Shown: positions 1 through 14,225, counted from the stretch's first letter. The stretch: DNA of 64,000 nucleotides from Octopus bimaculoides (GCF_001194135.2 NC_068981.1:173172249-173236248); one strand, 5' to 3'. Numbers and translations: made by a program. Notes: a model not told the origin generated them from the sequence alone.

Positions 1-46
<46 letters not shown>
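1..46. repeat. (AT)n microsatellite
   Basis: Pure AT dinucleotide run grading into (AC). Confidence 0.95.
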
Positions 47-48
<2 letters not shown>

Positions 49-2254
49 GCACGCACGTATGTGTCTGTATGTGTACGTATGTGTGTGTAATTTATATATG
101 GTATGTGTTTGTACGTCAAATACCCTTGACTCAGGCAAGTATGTTTTCAGCACTGCGACCTCTATACTTCACTCGAAATATAGTCTTCCTCATTTATGAT
201 GTGAGAAAGAGAAGGAGAAAGGAAGGCTGGAAGAGAAGAGGGAGAGATAGAAAGATAGAAAGCGAGAACTTAACCGAACGGCTTCACTCTAAATGATCTG
301 TTTTCTCGTCGACATTAAGGAAATGTCTGAAGCTCACGTACGCCACATTCCTTTCTTACTGTGAAGATGCTCGAGCGAAAAGTCTCGAAAGAAACAAAGT
401 TTTGTTGCTTTTCAGATAAAAAAAAATGTTCTATTGGACATGAAAATATTTCTAAAAGCTGGTGAAATTTCTATTAAGTATATTAAAAAATAAACTCATA
501 CACACAAATGCATTTGAGTATAACTCAATACTAACTGGAGTGGCGTTTATAATTATTTTTATCAAATATCAATTATATCTCCGCTGTTTCGGATAAATTG
601 TATTTGCTTGTTCAGATGAAATGAAACACAAAGCTGAAAGTTTATGCATTATGTACTAGGCACGATTAAATACTGGAATAAACAACTGGAGGTAGGGAAA
701 TATAGTTTCATTATTACAATATTGAAGTTACTCTACAAAAAATACTTTCCTGCGCGCGCATACACCCACATCACTGCCATACACATGTCGCACTCCACAC
801 CCGCAGAAATCTATATTTAACACGTCGTATCCACATTTCGTATACAAACACACACTCATGATTACACAGGCGTTTATGTGTATGATAGAGGAAGGCGAGA
901 AAGAGAGGAACGCACTTACAACACAAAATTCTGCAAACACTATACTTCTATCAATAAAACTCGTACCGCTTTCACTATCATCTACACTGTTGTTATCATT
1001 ATTTAGTTATTATTATTATTAAAAATACATACTGAAAACATCTACAAAGTAGAAAAAAGAAAAAGCATCAATCCAACGCTAAGTGATATCAACAATATCC
1101 TTAAAAAAGAATTTTCCGATATCTTCAAATAATAAAGGTTTTAGTCTTTAAGAAAATATATAAAAATAATTAGAAACACAGATTTAATACTTTTTAAAGA
1201 AATTTTGAAATTCTTACTTTTTTAATATTTGGGCCTAAAAAGTTAGGATTTATATAACGTAAAATTTTCATAACTTTTAAGGGTTTTAACAAACATTTTT
1301 TTACAAGGCTCAGAGTATTTTACACCTCAAGAAAGAGTAAGAACCAAATTTCTACCAAAATTTTATTATGAAGACAGTTTTTTTTTCATGTAAAAACAAA
1401 CTCTAAAACAACAAAACTACAGTGAATAGAATATGAACAAGATGGCTGTCCACTTTGCTTGTCGATAACATACAATCACTATTCATTATAAAGCCGTATA
1501 TATATGCATATACACATAGACACGCATATACATATATTGTATATCATCAAAGATGAATATGCACTTGGACAGTTACATATACGTATTTTCCCTACACATG
1601 ATGGATGTATATATACACATATGCCCATATACATATACATGAATATCATTATGTAAAAAAAAATATTTTACGACTGCGTTAAAAATCCAGGGGGGCGAGC
1701 ATTATATATTTGTATATATATGCATATACATGTGTATACATGCATGTGTGTGTGTATGCAAACGTGCGTGTGTGCGCTTAAATTCCATAAAGCCATCGAT
1801 TCTTATTTTCACACAATAAAGAAAATTTTTAAGCTTTAATTCACGTGTGTAAAAGGTATATTTATGCAAACCAAATACTTGTATTTGTAAAAACCTTTTT
1901 AAAATATATAATGAAATATGATATATATGTGTATGTATATATATATATTACGTACACCCAAGCGATGCTTACTGTAAAATATATTCACAATATGAAAATT
2001 TAATACTGAAATTATATTATTCATTATGATATTTAAAAAAACCCTCTTCTTTATCTATTCAAATAATTATTTGTAAAAATGTCTTCTTTGCTGTCATAAA
2101 TACCCCAAATCTGAATTTTGGAACCCCCTCCATATTAGTTACAATATAAAACCAATATTGTTTCATATAAAATAAGTATCAGGAGAATGATGCCTCAATA
2201 TAATCTATGCCTTGTGGAAGGCTCGAAAAGTCAGTCTACATAGATGGGTGAGTC

Positions 2255-2390
2255 TACGTCATAACTAGTTCTAAAAAGCTTCGGTGCATTGTGGGAAGAT
2301 TCAATGAAGCGTGAAAGGCAGCTACATTTTGCTATGATTGGTCAAAATGGTGATATTATTTGCATATCACTATTGTGAGCATGCGCACGA
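2255..2390. promoter_or_regulatory. Promoter-like motif cluster (CRE-like, ZNF143/SBS-like, CCAAT, YY1-like, octamer, NRF1)
   Basis: TACGTCA 2255-2261, TGCATTGTGGGAA 2285-2297, ATTGG 2337-2341, CAAAATGG 2343-2350, ATTTGCAT 2358-2365 and GCATGCGCA 2379-2387, all in a CpG-richer, TE-free stretch. Confidence 0.5.
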
Positions 2391-2873
2391 GTGGAAACCT
2401 GTCCCGTAACACTCGGGGGAAGGATCAGGGACCGCTACAAACGCTGGAAACAGTGCTACATTCGAAAATGATAGAGAATTAATTATATTTTTTTTTAACC
2501 AAAAGCAAAACAAAAACATTCAAATCATACTCCAGATTTCATACCGTAAGTATCTCTAAGTATCTAAAGAATACTTATTGGACTTATCGACATTTTTTTC
2601 TTATGCATGGTCGTTTCGAGGAAGATATAATTAACAAAAGCTAACTACAGAAACTGCGATTATTGGAGCAGCAGCAACAGCAACAATAACAACTGTACGC
2701 TTATATACCACATGCAATATCTTCACTACCTTCTCCTCTCCTCCACCATATAACCAGCAGTATCATTACAGTATATCCATTATATCACTCCTCAGTTGTG
2801 CATTACTTTTTTTTTTACACATCCTAGTAGATTTGTACCTGCGCGCGCATGTCTGTAGCAAGTATTGTGTGTA

Positions 2874-2918
<45 letters not shown>

Positions 2919-4724
2919 CAGTTAACATACATAGGTCATATTACTAGGATTGACTAAATTCATCTACAGGATGTAGTAAAGACAATAACCCAACCAGTTA
3001 CATTTTCATTTTCATAGTATTAATTAGATCAATGTGAAAGTAGTATGTATGGTACTCACTGAGTCAACATAATGTACAATACTATATACATATGAAATGC
3101 CTATATATATATATATTTCTTATACGGTAGAAATATTTTAGATTCCATTTTGTCGCAATCCATACTTCAAGTTCACGAAAATCGCCTGTTTTCTTTGAAA
3201 CAAATAAGAAAATATTTTAAAAGAAGTAAACGATCCATGTTTACTAGTCATAAGAGGTTGATATGATGTTTGTATTGATACTGTCCCCAGTTCATTATGA
3301 TCACGTGATATGTTGGTGGAGCCAACAATTAAAATAGGAACATGGAGAGGAGGACCTTCCCCTGTTTTGTCTAATTAAATTTTTTTTACATGTTTTATTT
3401 TTAGAATTTACCAGATCTGAAGCAAAATGAGTAAATTTTGTAAAATTCTTTCTAGTATACATTTCGTAGTTATTGTGACAAAAAAAAAATCTAGCGTGTA
3501 TTTTTTGTTTGTTTAAAAGAACTAGTAAAAGTTTATGTATATAATGAAATGTCAAGATAACTTTTATTAATGTTTCTAATTTGACTGATTTTACGAAAAT
3601 TAACAGACTTAAAATAATCATGTAAGGAACTCAAATCAACATTCTCTTTGTTGCTGAAAATGTTTAATTTTCACCGGTGGTTCGGAAGCCTAGATTTTCG
3701 TGTGTGGCATATATAAACGACTCCATTATTCACTTTATATACATATAATACTCATTAATTTTCTGTGTGATAGCAATTTTATTTTTTGTTTTTGTAAGAA
3801 TGGTGCTTGCAGTACTTACTTTGTTAGTCCTATTAATAGGAATACGTCGATTTAAAAGTGTACTTTAAAAACATTTAGCAGGTTTACCACTGTCTTGAAA
3901 AGTAGCTGGTATAAACTACGGTTTGGCTTGACTGCTCAACGTGATAATATCAACTATAAACTAACTTTTGTCAACTAAATGCACTAAAAGAATATATAAA
4001 ATCCTATTTCTAAAAATAGCAAATGTTAAGGATGAAAAAAAAAATTCTGATAGTTCAACAGGTTCTTTATTGATATCTGTTTGTTGTTATTGCATTTCGT
4101 TATGCGTGTTATACTGTACTCTCTTTGTTTTATTCTCTCTCAAAACGATTCCGCGTTATAGAATTACGATTAAAAGTATTCGTGCTCATCATAGTATAAT
4201 AATTTTAAAGTATAATTATTTGAGGTTTGGAAGTCAAAATATCATTAAAAACAAACACCTCCAACTCATTTTTTTTTAAATGTAAAAATGAGTAAATAGA
4301 TTATTCAGTTATTTATTGAAAAGAAAATGTTCCAGCAAATTGGAAACAAAGTCCTTAGCAGACAAATACTTCTTATATATGTTAGAATAGCCTTACCTAT
4401 ATTAATTTAATAGCAAAGTTATTTTATCTAAATAAAAATGATTATGTTGTTATATTGTACTCGATTAGAGACCGAACCGGGCACGTATTTTCAGTATGCT
4501 CTTCCTAAAGCCAACTGTTCGGATAACAGCAGATTATCAATATGACTCATATATCTATTCTGTTTTATATAATAGAAAACTTTTTACCGCGATATTTGGA
4601 GAAAGCTTAGGGTAGGCAGTCGCAAACATTCAGAAATGTACCGACACTATATATTACAATACAAATTAATAATATGCGTATTTCTTTGCAACCATTTTCA
4701 TATCGCGATGGATGGAAGAATATA

Positions 4725-4850
4725 GTGCCTGACAAAATGCCTTGTGTTGTTTGATTACATTTCTTTACGTTCTGAGTTCAAATCCTGCCTACGTTGACTT
4801 CGTCTTTCATCATTTCGAGGTCGATGAAATAGAGGCAAGTACTATAGCTA
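4725..4850 (+). mobile_element. tRNA-derived SINE fragment
   Basis: B-box-like GAGTTCAAATCC followed by the gtcgactt..ctttcatc..gaggtcgatgaaat body; the same family occurs inverted at 44061-44180. Confidence 0.65.
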
Positions 4851-4889
4851 ATATCAGCTATACGCTTGAAGGTGCTGTCCTAGCGCGTG

Positions 4890-4990
4890 CATATATATAT
4901 ATATGTGTGTGTGTGTATAAATGTGTATATATAAATGTATATATATATGTATATATAAATGTGTATATATAAATGTGTATGTATATACAA

Positions 4991-5079
<89 letters not shown>

Positions 5080-5085
5080 TCCACA
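4890..5085. repeat. Compound (TA)n/(CA)n microsatellite
   Basis: Long TA run; source of the spurious YI-rich ORFs. Confidence 0.95.
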
Positions 5086-6699
5086 CACACATTTCTCTTT
5101 ATGTTAATGAAACTGTACCTTATGAATATATGAACGTTAATGTTTACGGTGCTATGCGATAGGTCTAAGTTGAACTCAAATGTTATTAATTTATAATATC
5201 AAATCATTTACATCTCTGAGAGATACTGTATCTGCTTATTAGACTTGTTTTGGTAGTGCCCCTTGTTTTGTTGTGTTTTACGAAAAATATGTATCACTGT
5301 AAATTCGATATGTATAATTATAAGATTTCTCTCACCCTCTACTGATGATTGTGTATGTAACACATGAAACTTTGAAATCTGAACATCTGAGATGGATTTG
5401 CTTTAATATCTATGTAGAGAGTGTATTGTTTCTAGTATAGTTAGATATTGACTTCACATGCATTAATATATTACATTTCAAATAAGTCAAGAACTATCAA
5501 GAAGTTAACATTTGTATATCATGTATTGGTTTGCATGTGTGTGTGTGTGAGAGAAAGTGAAATGGTTGAGTGGGTATGCAGCTTTTAAACTAGCAGCACT
5601 TGCAAGCATGTGTTTATATTTCTTGGAAGACATTTATCTAGGTGTCTGGTCTATTCAGGCATGAAAAAGTTAATGAATTTTGTTTATTGTGTTTTTACTA
5701 GTTTTTTATTCTTCCATGTTATGACTCTATCTTAACATAATTGTTGCTCATATCATCACCAGTGAACGTCTAACTGGTCATTTGAACTGCTAGGGATAGC
5801 AGACATATCTCCCTTATCTTATTTTTTTAAAAAACACAAAAGAAAAAAAAAGGGACAATTCTAAGGCTAATTGACAAAATTGCCTTGTTATATGTGTATT
5901 TTCCCAGGGCTAACATAATAATGATTTCTTACATTTTCAGAATATGGAAATTTATAGGGAGTGTGTGATAGTCATTTGAATTAACACTGAGAACATGAAC
6001 TCAACTTATATTTATTTAAAGGCAAATTTGCCCTAGGTTTCAATTCAGAATTTACAAGAATAAAACTAAATACTATAAGACATTGATTATTCAAATTGAA
6101 AATCAGGGATAATTGCTCAACAATATCATCCACATAACGATATCGTCTATATGAAGTTAGTGTTGAAATGTTTAATGCAGTGTGCATCAACAATCATCAG
6201 CATAACATCCACTTTTTCATGTTTGCGTGGGTTGAATTGCCCATTCCCATTATCAACACTCACCTATTTCCAAGCAAAGTAATATTTTCCTGTGGTCAGA
6301 TATATTCTTGCACAATATTGAAAATGAATGACACTGCTTGTGTGACTGGTTATATATGTGTGTGTGTGTATACACATACATACATGACTGGCTTCTTTCA
6401 GTTTTCACCTCCCAAATTCTCTCACAAGGTTTCGATCAGCCCGGGACTATAACACTTGTTCAGAATGCCATGCAGTGGACTGAATCCAGAATCTAATTAC
6501 AAATATGCACTGCTAAAAAAAAAAATTAGAGCAATAACTAGTATTATTTTAATCATTTTAGTAAATAGAAAGAATGATTCAAGGTATGTTTTGGTCTTGT
6601 CAGACTTCCTCAGCAAAGCATAGATCTCAACACATTTTGTTGAAATAAGGATGAAAGAACAACTAATGTAAATATTGTCCATAAGTATGTGAAAACTTA

Positions 6700-7021
6700 T
6701 ATGGTGGCATGTGAAAAAACATTTGAGCAAGGTCGTTGCCAGTGCCGTTGGACTGGCTCCTGTGCAGGTGGCACATAAAAAACACCATTTTGAGCGTGGC
6801 TGTTGCCAGTACTGCCTGACTGGCCCTTGTGCTGGTGGCACGTAAAAGCACCCACTACACTCTCGGAGTGGTTGGCGTTAGGAAGGGCATCCAGCTGTAG
6901 AAACTTGCCAGATCAGATTGGAGCCTGGTGCAGCTGTCTGGTTCACCAGTCCTCAGTCAAATCATCCAACCCATGCTAGCATGGAAAGCAGATGTTAAAT
7001 GATGATGATGATGATGATGAA
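6700..7021 (+). mobile_element. RTE-3'-end-derived non-autonomous retroelement/SINE ending in (GAT)n
   Basis: ggagtggttggcgttaggaagggcatccagctgtagaaac...ccaacccatgctagcatggaaag..gttaaatgatgatgatg; the same family recurs at 8447, 31200, 44650 and 48750. Confidence 0.8.
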
Positions 7022-7420
7022 TCCTTAATTCTTCTCTGAAGATGGAATAGTTGGCTTTTATATGGAAATATTTGCTCAATGAGATATGCACAGCTATTTT
7101 AGAAACAGCTGTAAGAGACTTCATGCTTAACTTCTTAATGCCTTATTTACTCTAATGAAATATAAATTACACGTTCTAAAGTGATAGCACATGTTTTGCT
7201 TGTTCATTCCTTCTTTCTAATAAATATCTACCTGTTCAATGACAAACCACTATTTATTGCTAGGCAGCTACAACACCACTTTTGTTTTAGTTACAGTTCA
7301 AGCTGGAGTTTTAGTGGTAAACCAATCTGAGCACATCTTGTATATACTCATTGCATTATGTAAATAAGATGCAATTTTAGCTGTATTATACACACACACA
7401 TATTTGTGTGTGTGTATATA

Positions 7421-8434
7421 TATTGGGTCATCCCATAAATAATGCGTTTTTTTTTTTTATACTCCTTTTACTTTTCAAAATTAGATAAACAAAGTTCTTT
7501 TTTAATCTAGATTATACTCTCCTTTATTTTCTGCAGTGCTCTTCCATCTATCTGGTAGACTTGCAAGGCCTCTCATTCAAACTGCTCCAGCTTTTGGAAT
7601 GTCATCCTTGCTGTATGTGGCCAAGCATTATCCTGATGGAAGAACACCTTACGTCTTGAAACCAAAGATGGTCATTTTTCTTCTTGTGTTCACTTATGCT
7701 GCTCAAGCTGCTCGCAGTAGATCTCATTTGTTATTGTTTGATTTGGGTTTAAAAGTTTAAAGTGGACTAAACTTTTCATATCCCACCAAACAGATAATAA
7801 CACTTTATGTGGGTGAAAACCTTCTTAGCCTGGGGTGCTAATGTTTTTTCTTTCCCTACCCACTGTCTTCGGCGCTTGACATTTTTTATAGAGAACCCAT
7901 TTCTCGTCACCAGTCACTATTCAGTCCACAAAAGGTTAACTTGTAAGACGTAACAGCAAAGAAGAGCATACTTTCACTCTCTGTGTGTGATTAGACTCAA
8001 AGAGTTTGTGAGGAACCCATTGACCCAACTTGCTGACTTTTCCGATGAGCTCTACAGATCTAATACGAAGCTTGTCTTCTAGGCTGCAGTTTTCAGCTTG
8101 GAATTTCTGTAACCACTGTTGACACTTGCTTACATTTATTGTCTGATCCCCATATACTGCATTAATATTCCTTGCACTTTTCGTTGCGTTGTTGCCTTTA
8201 TTGAACTCATAAATCAAAATATACAGAATATGCTCCTTTGTCACTTCCATTATAGCTTTGAAAAAATAGCTGTTAAAATCGAACTGCCCTTTTCAAAACT
8301 TGCACTAAGAATAAGTACAAGGTAAAATTACTACCTGCTTTTATAGTATTTTGATGGAGGTAGTTTATCCTGTTCCCCCTCCAACTTTTAGTTCATGCAA
8401 TTGAAAAAAACTTCATTTATGGGATGACCCAATA
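7421..8434 (-). mobile_element. Mariner transposon relic with TIRs and TA target-site duplication
   Basis: TIR TA-TTGGGTCATCCCATAAAT at 7421-7440 and ATTTATGGGATGACCCAA-TA ending at 8434. ORF 7936-8250 encodes a mariner HTH and WVPHKL motif; an HQDNAWPHT motif lies near 7610-7640. Confidence 0.9.
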
Positions 8435-8446
8435 CATATATATATA

Positions 8447-8592
8447 TGGTGTTAGGAAGGGTATCCAGCTGTAGAAACACTGCCAGATCAGATTGGAGCC
8501 TGGTGCAGCCTTCTGGCTCACCAGCCCTCAGTCAAACCATCCAACCCATGTCAGCATAGAAAGTGGGCGTTAAACGACGAGGATGAAGATAA
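8447..8592 (+). mobile_element. RTE-tail SINE fragment
   Basis: Same sequence as the 3' half of 6700-7021, with a degenerate (GAT)n tail. Confidence 0.75.
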
Positions 8593-8639
8593 TATTTATA
8601 TATATATATATATGTATTCTTTAATTGGTTCCAGCTCAA

Positions 8640-10720
8640 AGCTGCAGCCATGCTGGGGCACCACTGCTCTGCTACACTGTAATTATTGAGAGTCGGTGAA
8701 TAAGGGAGTTTGATATCACTACCCTCATTTGCGCCCCCTGCCGCAAGGTAGGTTCATCTGGGACTCTCGACAGGAAGAGATCCAGTTTTGTTTTGAAAAC
8801 AGCTACATCCACTTTGTGTAGGTCCCTCAGGCTTCTTGGGAAAATATTAAAAAGCTGTGGGCCCTTGAAACCCAAGCTGTTGCAGTAACTGGTCCTGAAA
8901 TGTGATGGTAGTGTTGAGATCTTTGGCACTGTGCAGTGGTGACTTGTTCTGGGATTTGTGTAGCTTTCAATGCCAAAATTTGGTACAATCCCTTCCAGGA
9001 TCTTCCTGATGTATATTATTGCATATCTCTCCTGCCTTTGCTCCAGGGAGTAGAGTTTTAGCTGTTTCAGCTTTACCTAGTAGCTGAGCTGTTGCAATGA
9101 GACAATCTTTTTGTAGCTTTGCTGGATAGCTTCAAGGTCTGCTGTTAATTTTACACTGTGGGGTGACCATAGTTGGGAGCAGTAGTCCAGGCAGCTGAGG
9201 ATGAATGGTTTCCTCTGGTTCTGAAGGTTCTCAGGATCCAGCCAACCATCTGTCCTTTGTTGCTATCTTGGTAATGTGCACTTGGATAGAGGCATCATTA
9301 CTCATTTCGATATCCAGGTCGTGCACTGATTTAGGTTCTGGGATTGTAAGCCCCCACTGGGCCAGTGTACCCTGTATGTTTATCGTTCAATTTTGGGTAC
9401 TGGTAGCACAGGGCTTTGAATTTTCTTGCATAAAATGGCATATTGTTGTCCTCAGTCCAGCTGAGGGCATATGTGAGAGGGTCACTATGAAGAGCAGTGG
9501 TCCTAAGATAGGAACACCACTCACTATTTGTGTTTCCTTTGAGGTGGCACCATTGGCCACCACTGTCTGACTTCCATCTTTCAGAAAGTCATGTAACCAC
9601 TCTCCAAGTTTTCCAGTTATGCTGGGATCATGCAGTTTGTGGCATATCATACCATGATCAATTTTATCAAAAGCTTTTGCAAAGTCAGGGTATATTACGT
9701 CCACATTTGAGTTGTTGAGTAACTGCTTCAACACCCAATCATAGTGCTGTAGGATCTGTGTCAGGCAGCATGTACCTAGTTGGAAACCATGCTGGATATC
9801 ACTCAGCAAGTCGTTTTCTTCAAGGAATGCAAATAGTTTTCCTCTGACTATTTGTTCCATGACTTTGCTGATGTGTGATGTCAGAGAGATAGGCCTATAA
9901 TTTTTGGCATCTGCTCTGCTTCCTCCTTTATGAATTGGGCATATTATTCCCTCCTTCAATTTGCCTGGCAGCTTGCCATTCGCAAGAAAACTCTGGAAGA
10001 GAATCTGTAGTGATTTTGCCAGGGCACATTGCACAATTTGAGGAGGATTGCTGGGAAACCATCAGGGTCAGCAGCTGAGTTTGTGGCCACCTCATCTATG
10101 ACTAGTATTATATCTTCTTCCCCAATGTTGATGTAATCTATCGTAACTGCCCTCCCTGGTTGTAGGTGAGGCGGCAAAGAAATCCACTGGTTTGTTCAGT
10201 TGTCTGTGTTCCAACGGGGTAGTAAAGACACTTTTGAACTGGTCATTCAGTACCTCACTGATCCTGGTTGGGTTATCTGTGAGGTAGCTGTCTTTTTGGA
10301 AGAGGGGTCCTATTTTGCAGTGTACTGAGGCTGTTTCTTTAGTATAATGAAAGAAGGCCTTTGGGTTTGACTTAATGTTTTTTATGATCTAGGTTTCTTT
10401 GTCTCTGCTCTTTCATTCACATAGGATTGTTTTCAATCTCCATCAGGGTTGTGTTTAGGTGGGACCTTTCACTACTTTGGGATGTTGGTTGAAGTAATTT
10501 GCAACCTTCGTCCATTGTCTCATGAGGATCTTCCTCTCCCTTGAAATCTCATTCCTTTTTGTGTTGACCGTGTGCTCTGGGACATATTTGTAGCATATGG
10601 CTTGCATAACAGACATGTCGATATCTGGTATGGAGAGACATTTCAGCCAGTCTTGTCTGAGAATCTCTTTTTGGATTGATTTCCAGTCTGCTTTGTATAA
10701 GTTCAGACTGGAGAGATTTC
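8640..10720 (-). mobile_element. CR1-clade LINE ORF2 relic (RT region, internally deleted, 5' truncated)
   Basis: ORF 9387-10034 has PIHKGGSR..NYRPISLTS..KVME, QHGF, DFAKAFDKIDH and SGVP..LGPLLF. The YADD segment present in the 20.5-21.7 kb copy is missing here. The C-terminal FKTKLDLFL..VPDEP motif is in 8672-8929. Confidence 0.9.
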
Positions 10721-12219
10721 ACATATACAAGCATATATTAATATGTATGATGCATGTATATATATATATATATATAGCAGTCTTACGATCTGTGTCTGGA
10801 AAGTCTTGTTTTGGTTGTGTTGGCAGAATGACATCTGCTGTAACTATAGACATCCACAACCCATTCCAGCATGGAAAATCAACATTAAATGATGATGATG
10901 TGAGTGGTAGTCCTGGCTGCACTAACTACATTTGAAGGTGCTGTCTGTTAGTTTTGTCTTGGTGCTGCTTTTTCATGTGTGGATGTAAAACAATCATCCA
11001 CACATGACAGCGAAGAAGATGCCTGGCAGAGTAGGTGTGAGCACCTTCCAAATATAGTCAAAGGCCAGCCAAATCTTTGTGAGTGGAATTGGTAGACAGA
11101 AACTGTAGAAAAGCCCATTGCACACATGTGTGTGTGTGTGTTTGCAAATGTTTATATTTCCTGGTCTTGGCCTCATATGATAGGTATAAATGAGCACCAT
11201 CATCAAACAATCTTCCATAAAAATAGGTGCAGCCATGGGTAATAAATATATCTTGCTTGGAAACAGGTAAGGATTGGTAACAGGAAGAGCATCTGTCTAC
11301 TTGATGTATGTATGTGTGTGTGTATAGATAATGTATACACTCATCATTGTTAAATGTCCACTTTCCATACTTGCATAGGTCAGATAAAATTCATTTCATA
11401 TCCATCCATGCATACACACACATGTACATACTAACCTAAGATTGGTTTGACTGGGGCTTCTGTGAATTTGAATCTACACACAGCAGTCATGCTATCAGTA
11501 AATGTTATTCTCAAACTTTCTTTAAAATTTTAGCATTTGTGTGTGTTTATATATATAAACAAAAATGACCCAAGAGAGATAACTCCGATTGGCCAATGGC
11601 CAGTATTTCAACAACATAGGTATATCAAAGAGTATACAATTTAAATGCTTGATTTATTAAAATCATCTCCAACTCTAGATGATGTGCCATAAGGACCAAA
11701 TAGCAATTAAGACCAGGTCCGTATGAGAACAGATGATCTCAAGAATCAAGAATTCTCCTGAGTATATCAGTAGCAGACAAAAAACGTTTAGCAGCAGAAT
11801 TGCTAAATTGAGATTTATACTTCTTTGAGCATTACCAATAGCAAGTATCCACTAGTAACTGCATGTCAAGACAAATTTGGCCTCTATTTACTGAGAAAAA
11901 CAGTAATTTACATATCAGTAGTATTGCAATTAGCTGGGTGCTTGAAACTTGTCTACCACTGATATATTTTTGTGCTTATTAGCATGATATGTCTTTATGA
12001 GATGCATTTTTTTTAGGCAGATATCAGTTTTCTGGTTTTCTGCAGTATATCCACATTAAGTAAGTTTATATATATATGTGTGTGTGTGTGTATGTATGCA
12101 TGGTGCAAGAATGAAAAAGCAAGATGAGGTAAAATAACAAATAGTGTATTAGTTTTATGCTCAGGAAAAATAGAAGTCTTTTACATTTCAAACATGCGTT
12201 CTTCTGCAGAAAAAGTAGA

Positions 12220-13360
12220 CAAGGAGAGAAGTGGATGCCTTTCCTAATGCCAACCATGTAGGAAATGGTTTGGTAAAGAGGGAATAATGACTAGCAGGTC
12301 AGAAAGAATGATGATATATGTAGTAATGAATTCTACTTAGATTTATTTACTGCAACAGAATAATACAATAACTAGAAGAATGATGGTATGATGAGGACAG
12401 CGGGGATAGGCTTGCTGGTACATATTGGGTTGGGGACCTAAATTTGTGCATGCACATTATGCTTTCAGCTTCCATCTTTACTATCATTTTAACAACACTT
12501 TCATCATGCTTGTATTGATGGACAGGTCTTCAGGTCTTCTCAAGCACTTGATTCTGTAGGCACCTGAATCCTTTCTTTCAGTCTTTACTACTTCATCTCA
12601 CATCTTCCTGGATCTCCCTCTTTCACAAGTATCAGCCACTGTAAGCAAATAATAATTCTTCTTCATACAGCTGCCCTCATTTGTAAACATTTGCCTATAC
12701 CAATGTAGTCTTTTTTGCATACTACCTCTGATTTTCCTAGTTTTTCTCTCAACACATTTGTACTTTTTCTTACATTCTGCTTCTTTCCTTGCCATGTACA
12801 CCTGTCACCTAGCTTCCCTTTTTAGCTTCCTGTTATTGTTCTCTGTTCGAATCTTTCCAAGCTTGACTTTTCAATTTTATGGCTCTCTACCTCAAGGACA
12901 CTACATCACTTTAGGCTAGGAACCATAGCTGTAACTTCTATGGATACCATGGAAGTCATCAGAGTGCTACCCACTATATCCATTGAAGTCATGAGCCATA
13001 TATATAAGGTCACTGTTATTTGTCATCAAGACAGTACAGAAGAGGGCTTTGTAGAATTAGTCCTGATTTATCTGCCAGTCCAAATTGTGGAGCAAATGCA
13101 GAGATAGATGTTACTGTTGCATTAACAAAAACTAGCATAAGCTTTAATATCTTGTCACCCACCCTAACTACCTCCATCAGGTTTTCTACCGGTAGTATGT
13201 CTACTCCTTCCATACCATCACTACTACCTATTCAAAGGAATTTATATCTTTGTTTCTTGCCTGTCAGGAGTTTGGCTGAGGTACTCTCTATCTTGCTTCT
13301 TGCACTTGATACACATATACACACCTTTGCTTTAGCATTTCTTTAACCTCTAGACCTACC
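12220..13360 (-). mobile_element. RTE-clade LINE relic (APE endonuclease to linker region)
   Basis: ORF 13016-13213 VVRVGDKILKLMLV..VTSISAFAPQFGL resembles an RTE endonuclease; ORF 12598-12801 is a linker-like fragment. Confidence 0.7.
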
Positions 13361-14059
13361 TTACATTGTATCTGTTTTATAGCAGCTCTAAAGCTCTGGA
13401 TTTGATATGAAGAGTGGGGTTGCTACCTTTCAGCACCTGAGAGGAAAATATTTGTGCAAATGTTTGCCAGCAGACAGTGGGCTTTTGCACATGTTCAAAT
13501 ATCCAAATGTTTCCACTTAAATTAATTATTTCTTCAATCTCTAATCATCAGGGATAGGTGCCTGCAGAATGATATAAGACACCAAGCTATGCACCAAGAG
13601 GCCTCATCAAGGAGGTAGCACAGGAGAAGATATATACAGTAAGAAATGTGAGGAAAATTGACTATGGTGTGTGTGTGCAAACACATACACACTCACATAT
13701 GCAGGAAGTGCATCTGTTTGTAAAAAATCCTACTTCAGTATTTACTTCTGTCTATGCACTAAACAAAAGAAACAATATGTAAAAATATTCTTTATCATCA
13801 TTTTAATGTCCACTTTTACATGCTTGCATGGGTTGAATGGACTTTATTGTGGTAGATATTCTATATCCAGATGTCCTTCATGTCAATCCACATCTGTTTC
13901 CAGGCTAGGTAATATTTCTCCATGAGCACACATTTTTACAGAGTAAAACCCTGTCATACTGCTTATATGATGGGGGCATTCATTTACAACTACCATATGA
14001 TGTAAAGACAAACATACATGCTTTCGAACACAGACATGCATATATATATCTATATAAAG

Positions 14060-14225
14060 TTGGGGTTGTATGGTAAGAAGTTTACTTCTCAACCACTTGA
14101 TTCTGGGTTCAGTTCCACTGTGTGGGTAGTACCTTGGGTGACTTTCTTGTACTTTAGCCTCAGGCCAGCTAAAGACTTGTGAGTGGATTTTGTAGATGGG
14201 AACTGAAAGAGGCCTGTCATGTGTG
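14060..14225 (+). mobile_element. tRNA-derived SINE
   Basis: A-box-like TGTATGGTAAG and B-box-like GGTTCAGTTCC, then a body ending gaaactgaaagaggcctgtc; copies at 38060, 47808, 62285 (+) and 6385, 29430, 49235 (-). Confidence 0.75.

Noticed and set aside
2358-2620. Possible snRNA gene downstream of the octamer plus SPH motifs (ATACTTA at 2571 resembles the U1 start)
   Set aside because: The match stops after 7 nt; no U1 stem-loops or Sm site
4854-5162. Many YI/VC/HT-rich ORFs here and at 14.8, 20, 25.8, 28.7, 30.9 and 62 kb
   Set aside because: Translations of (TA)n/(CA)n microsatellites and N gaps
11560-11960. Complex, exon-like sequence
   Set aside because: All frames stop within about 40 codons and show no recognisable motif
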